From positions 5,907 through 69,906 of the IMG/VR virus record IMGVR_UViG_3300035135_000378: a stretch of 64,000 bases of DNA, one strand, 5' to 3'. Under the pieces are notes generated by a model. That model did no database searches, had not been told where the DNA came from, and saw only the letters and a list, made by a program, of their open reading frames with translations. Of the stretch, positions 61,813 to 64,000 are shown one piece after another (the stretch's first letter is position 1; each line of letters opens with the position of its first letter). Made by a program: the position numbers and the translations under genes. Source of the DNA: a virus (Duplodnaviria; Caudoviricetes).

Positions 61813-64000
61813 ACAAAGAAATCTTCTAGTGACGCAGTCGGTTCTGCCGACCATCCTACCGCGTCTAGGATCGGTTCGAGTGGGTCAAGGAATGTTTTCT
61901 CGAACATCGTGTCGTAATCGATGTGCGTGTGCAGACCCAGTTCCTTCGGAAGATTCAACGGAAACGACACCACGTTCTCACCCAAACGATTCGGGACCTT
62001 CAAGTAAACGAACTTGATCTTCTCTCCGGTCTTCACCAGTTCGATCTTGTTCTGCAAACCAGCCTGCGCGATTGCGTTATTGAAACACAACGCACCACGG
62101 ACATGGATGGGTGTACCCTTCTTGTACACGGTGTCGCGGTCAACCCACTTAGTGAGATCACTGACACCACGAGGGAACGATACGTCCTCGGGTGGAAGAG
62201 TCCTAAACCCATTCTTAAAGTCACGAATAAAGTTTTGCGTATCCGACTCCGTCCCCTCAATGATAACGCGGAAGATCTCTTTCATCTTGTCGCGGACGAC
62301 CGAAGGCGTGGAAGACTTGATCGCCTCGATGCCCATCATTTTCAGTTTCGGAGTCGCGTACGCCACGCCCTCGTTGTTGTGGACGTTGAGGATGTATCGT
62401 TTCTTCGCCATCCAGATACCACGGTCTGCAATAACCTCACGACCCATCTCCATGCGATTGACATATGCACCAGTGGCCTCCGCCATCTTATCATATGCCT
62501 TGCGCAGTTGTTTCTCGAAATGCGTGGAGCAGATCTTGTCTAGGAACCCGACAGGGTTCTTGGGTTGGAACTTATCGATGAGACCACCCATGCGAATGTA
62601 AACAGAGTCGGTATCGATTGCGACGACGTAGTCCTCATCGGTTTGGAGTATACCTTGCATCTCAGTGTTCACTGCACGTTCTGCCCACTTGATCGACAAC
62701 TGACCCGCAAGTGTGATTGACTCTGCAACGCGTTGATCGAAGTAACGGAAGTACTTGTTACCCAACGCACCATAGAGTGAGTTCATCAAGATCTTGATCG
62801 CCATCTGTTGGTTGTTGAGTGCAGTGATGCGATACTCCAGTTGTTTCGACGGGTTCTTCTGCATCTCTTGTTCAGCCGCGAGCATCTGGTCCTTGATGAT
62901 CCGACGTTCTGCGTAATACTGTTCAATGATTGCGGGAACGACACCCTTGCGTTCATGCGAGAACCGCACACCCGTAGGTGCGAGAGAGTAACCGTCTTCG
63001 GTCACTTGAGTGGTACCGTCAAGGAAACTATCGACAGAGATGTCGGGAACGAGACCATCCATCACCGTCTCGGGCGACATGTTGTACTGCACAATGATGT
63101 TAGGATACAGTGAGTTCAGGTCAAACGAACAGACCCAATCGTGCGACCCCACCTGTGGTTCTTTCACATAACCGCCTGGATATGGTGTCTTGGTCTTCTC
63201 CACCTTGGGTGGCACAACGATGTGTTTCTCGTTCAACATGCGATAGATGATCGAGTCCCAGATGTTGGTGGTCCCCAGAGTATCGGTGTAGTTCACACCC
63301 GCCTTGTAGGCCATGGTCAATACCAGAGAGATGAGGTCCATCTTCTCATCGAGACGGTGCACCAACTCAACGTCTTTCAGGTTGTAGTCGATAAACTTCT
63401 GGTAATCTTCCTTGTACAGAGTGAACAAGTTTCCGTGTTCTTCGTACGAGAGTTTGCGTTCACCCAGTTCGACAAACGCGATGTGGTCAAGACGATACGA
63501 TTCCTGTTGCGTGTAGGTGAACTTCTTGTAAACGTCAAGGTAGTCGAGTTGTTCGATACCCTCAAGGACATAGGCCTGATTCGCCTTACCGTTGATCATG
63601 ACGTTACGTTCGCGAATGATTCCCCACGGAGACATGCGGTTCGACATCTTCTCATCACCCGTGATTCTGCGCATACGGTTGACCAGATACGGAATATCAA
63701 AGAACTGCGTGTTCCATCCGGTGATGATGTCCGGAGTGTGTGTACTCCAGTAGTTCAGGAACTTGGTCAGTAGGTCAAACTCATCACTGCACTTGATGAA
63801 GAGAACACCGTCGGCGGGAGTGTAGTCACCCATACCCCACACCCAGTAGGTGCCGTCGTTCGCACGGAGTGCGATAGAGATTACCGGATGTGCAGCCTCT
63901 GCGGGTTCCGGAAACCCTTGGTCAGATGCGACCTCGATATCGATGTTGCAGACGTGCACCAACGAACGGTCGAAGTCAATACGTTTTGGAAACTTGCGAG
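61809..64000 (-). CDS. 43: family B DNA polymerase (T4 gp43), N-terminus outside window
   Basis: DIEV, GWN..FFD, YN..DV, DLNSLYP, K..MNSLYG, IDTDS, KKRY; frame open to window edge. Confidence 0.98.
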   Translation of the reverse strand, partial: RKFPKRIDFDRSLVHVCNIDIEVASDQGFPEPAEAAHPVISIALRANDGTYWVWGMGDYTPADGVLFIKCSDEFDLLTKFLNYWSTHTPDIITGWNTQFFDIPYLVNRMRRITGDEKMSNRMSPWGIIRERNVMINGKANQAYVLEGIEQLDYLDVYKKFTYTQQESYRLDHIAFVELGERKLSYEEHGNLFTLYKEDYQKFIDYNLKDVELVHRLDEKMDLISLVLTMAYKAGVNYTDTLGTTNIWDSIIYRMLNEKHIVVPPKVEKTKTPYPGGYVKEPQVGSHDWVCSFDLNSLYPNIIVQYNMSPETVMDGLVPDISVDSFLDGTTQVTEDGYSLAPTGVRFSHERKGVVPAIIEQYYAERRIIKDQMLAAEQEMQKNPSKQLEYRITALNNQQMAIKILMNSLYGALGNKYFRYFDQRVAESITLAGQLSIKWAERAVNTEMQGILQTDEDYVVAIDTDSVYIRMGGLIDKFQPKNPVGFLDKICSTHFEKQLRKAYDKMAEATGAYVNRMEMGREVIADRGIWMAKKRYILNVHNNEGVAYATPKLKMMGIEAIKSSTPSVVRDKMKEIFRVIIEGTESDTQNFIRDFKNGFRTLPPEDVSFPRGVSDLTKWVDRDTVYKKGTPIHVRGALCFNNAIAQAGLQNKIELVKTGEKIKFVYLKVPNRLGENVVSFPLNLPKELGLHTHIDYDTMFEKTFLDPLEPILDAVGWSAEPTASLEDFFV

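Noticed and set aside
1-64000. Stop-codon reassignment
   Set aside because: Core genes are intact in code 11, TAG and TGA are used as real stops, and there is no suppressor tRNA; the Leu(UAG) and Ser(UGA) anticodons read CUA and UCA.

Overview
64 kb segment of a large T4-like (Tevenvirinae/Kyanoviridae-type) myophage genome, almost entirely coded on the minus strand in the standard genetic code. The host is probably a Gram-negative heterotroph, possibly marine; this is inferred from aceA, lipoproteins, a c-type cytochrome and DenV. Replication core at the right end: gp43 polymerase (cut by the window edge), an AEP-type primase-polymerase, uvsX and gp41 helicase. Nucleotide metabolism: nrdA with a fused glutaredoxin, nrdB, apt and MTA/SAH nucleosidase. 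Six CCA-encoding tRNAs (Ala, Ser, Pro, Asp, Leu, Asn), about 12 sigma70-type promoters, about 8 T4 late promoters (TATAAATA) and UNCG-capped terminators. Accessory content is rich: isocitrate lyase, a di-haem cytochrome c peroxidase lipoprotein, and about 16 glycosylation or tailoring enzymes (glycosyltransferases, sulfotransferases, radical SAM, carbamoyltransferase, methyltransferases, UDP-Glc dehydrogenase, epimerase). Best leads: (1) about 9 late proteins with a T4 internal-protein-like capsid targeting N-terminus, including an HxGH nucleotidyltransferase, a KxDG ligase-like protein and a P-loop kinase, suggesting a head-packaged, injected enzyme kit; (2) an unannotated ~186-nt structured RNA behind a late promoter and tRNA-Ala; (3) tandem pseudoknots in a 5' leader. 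Family assignments come from motifs recognised by eye; no database searches were run.
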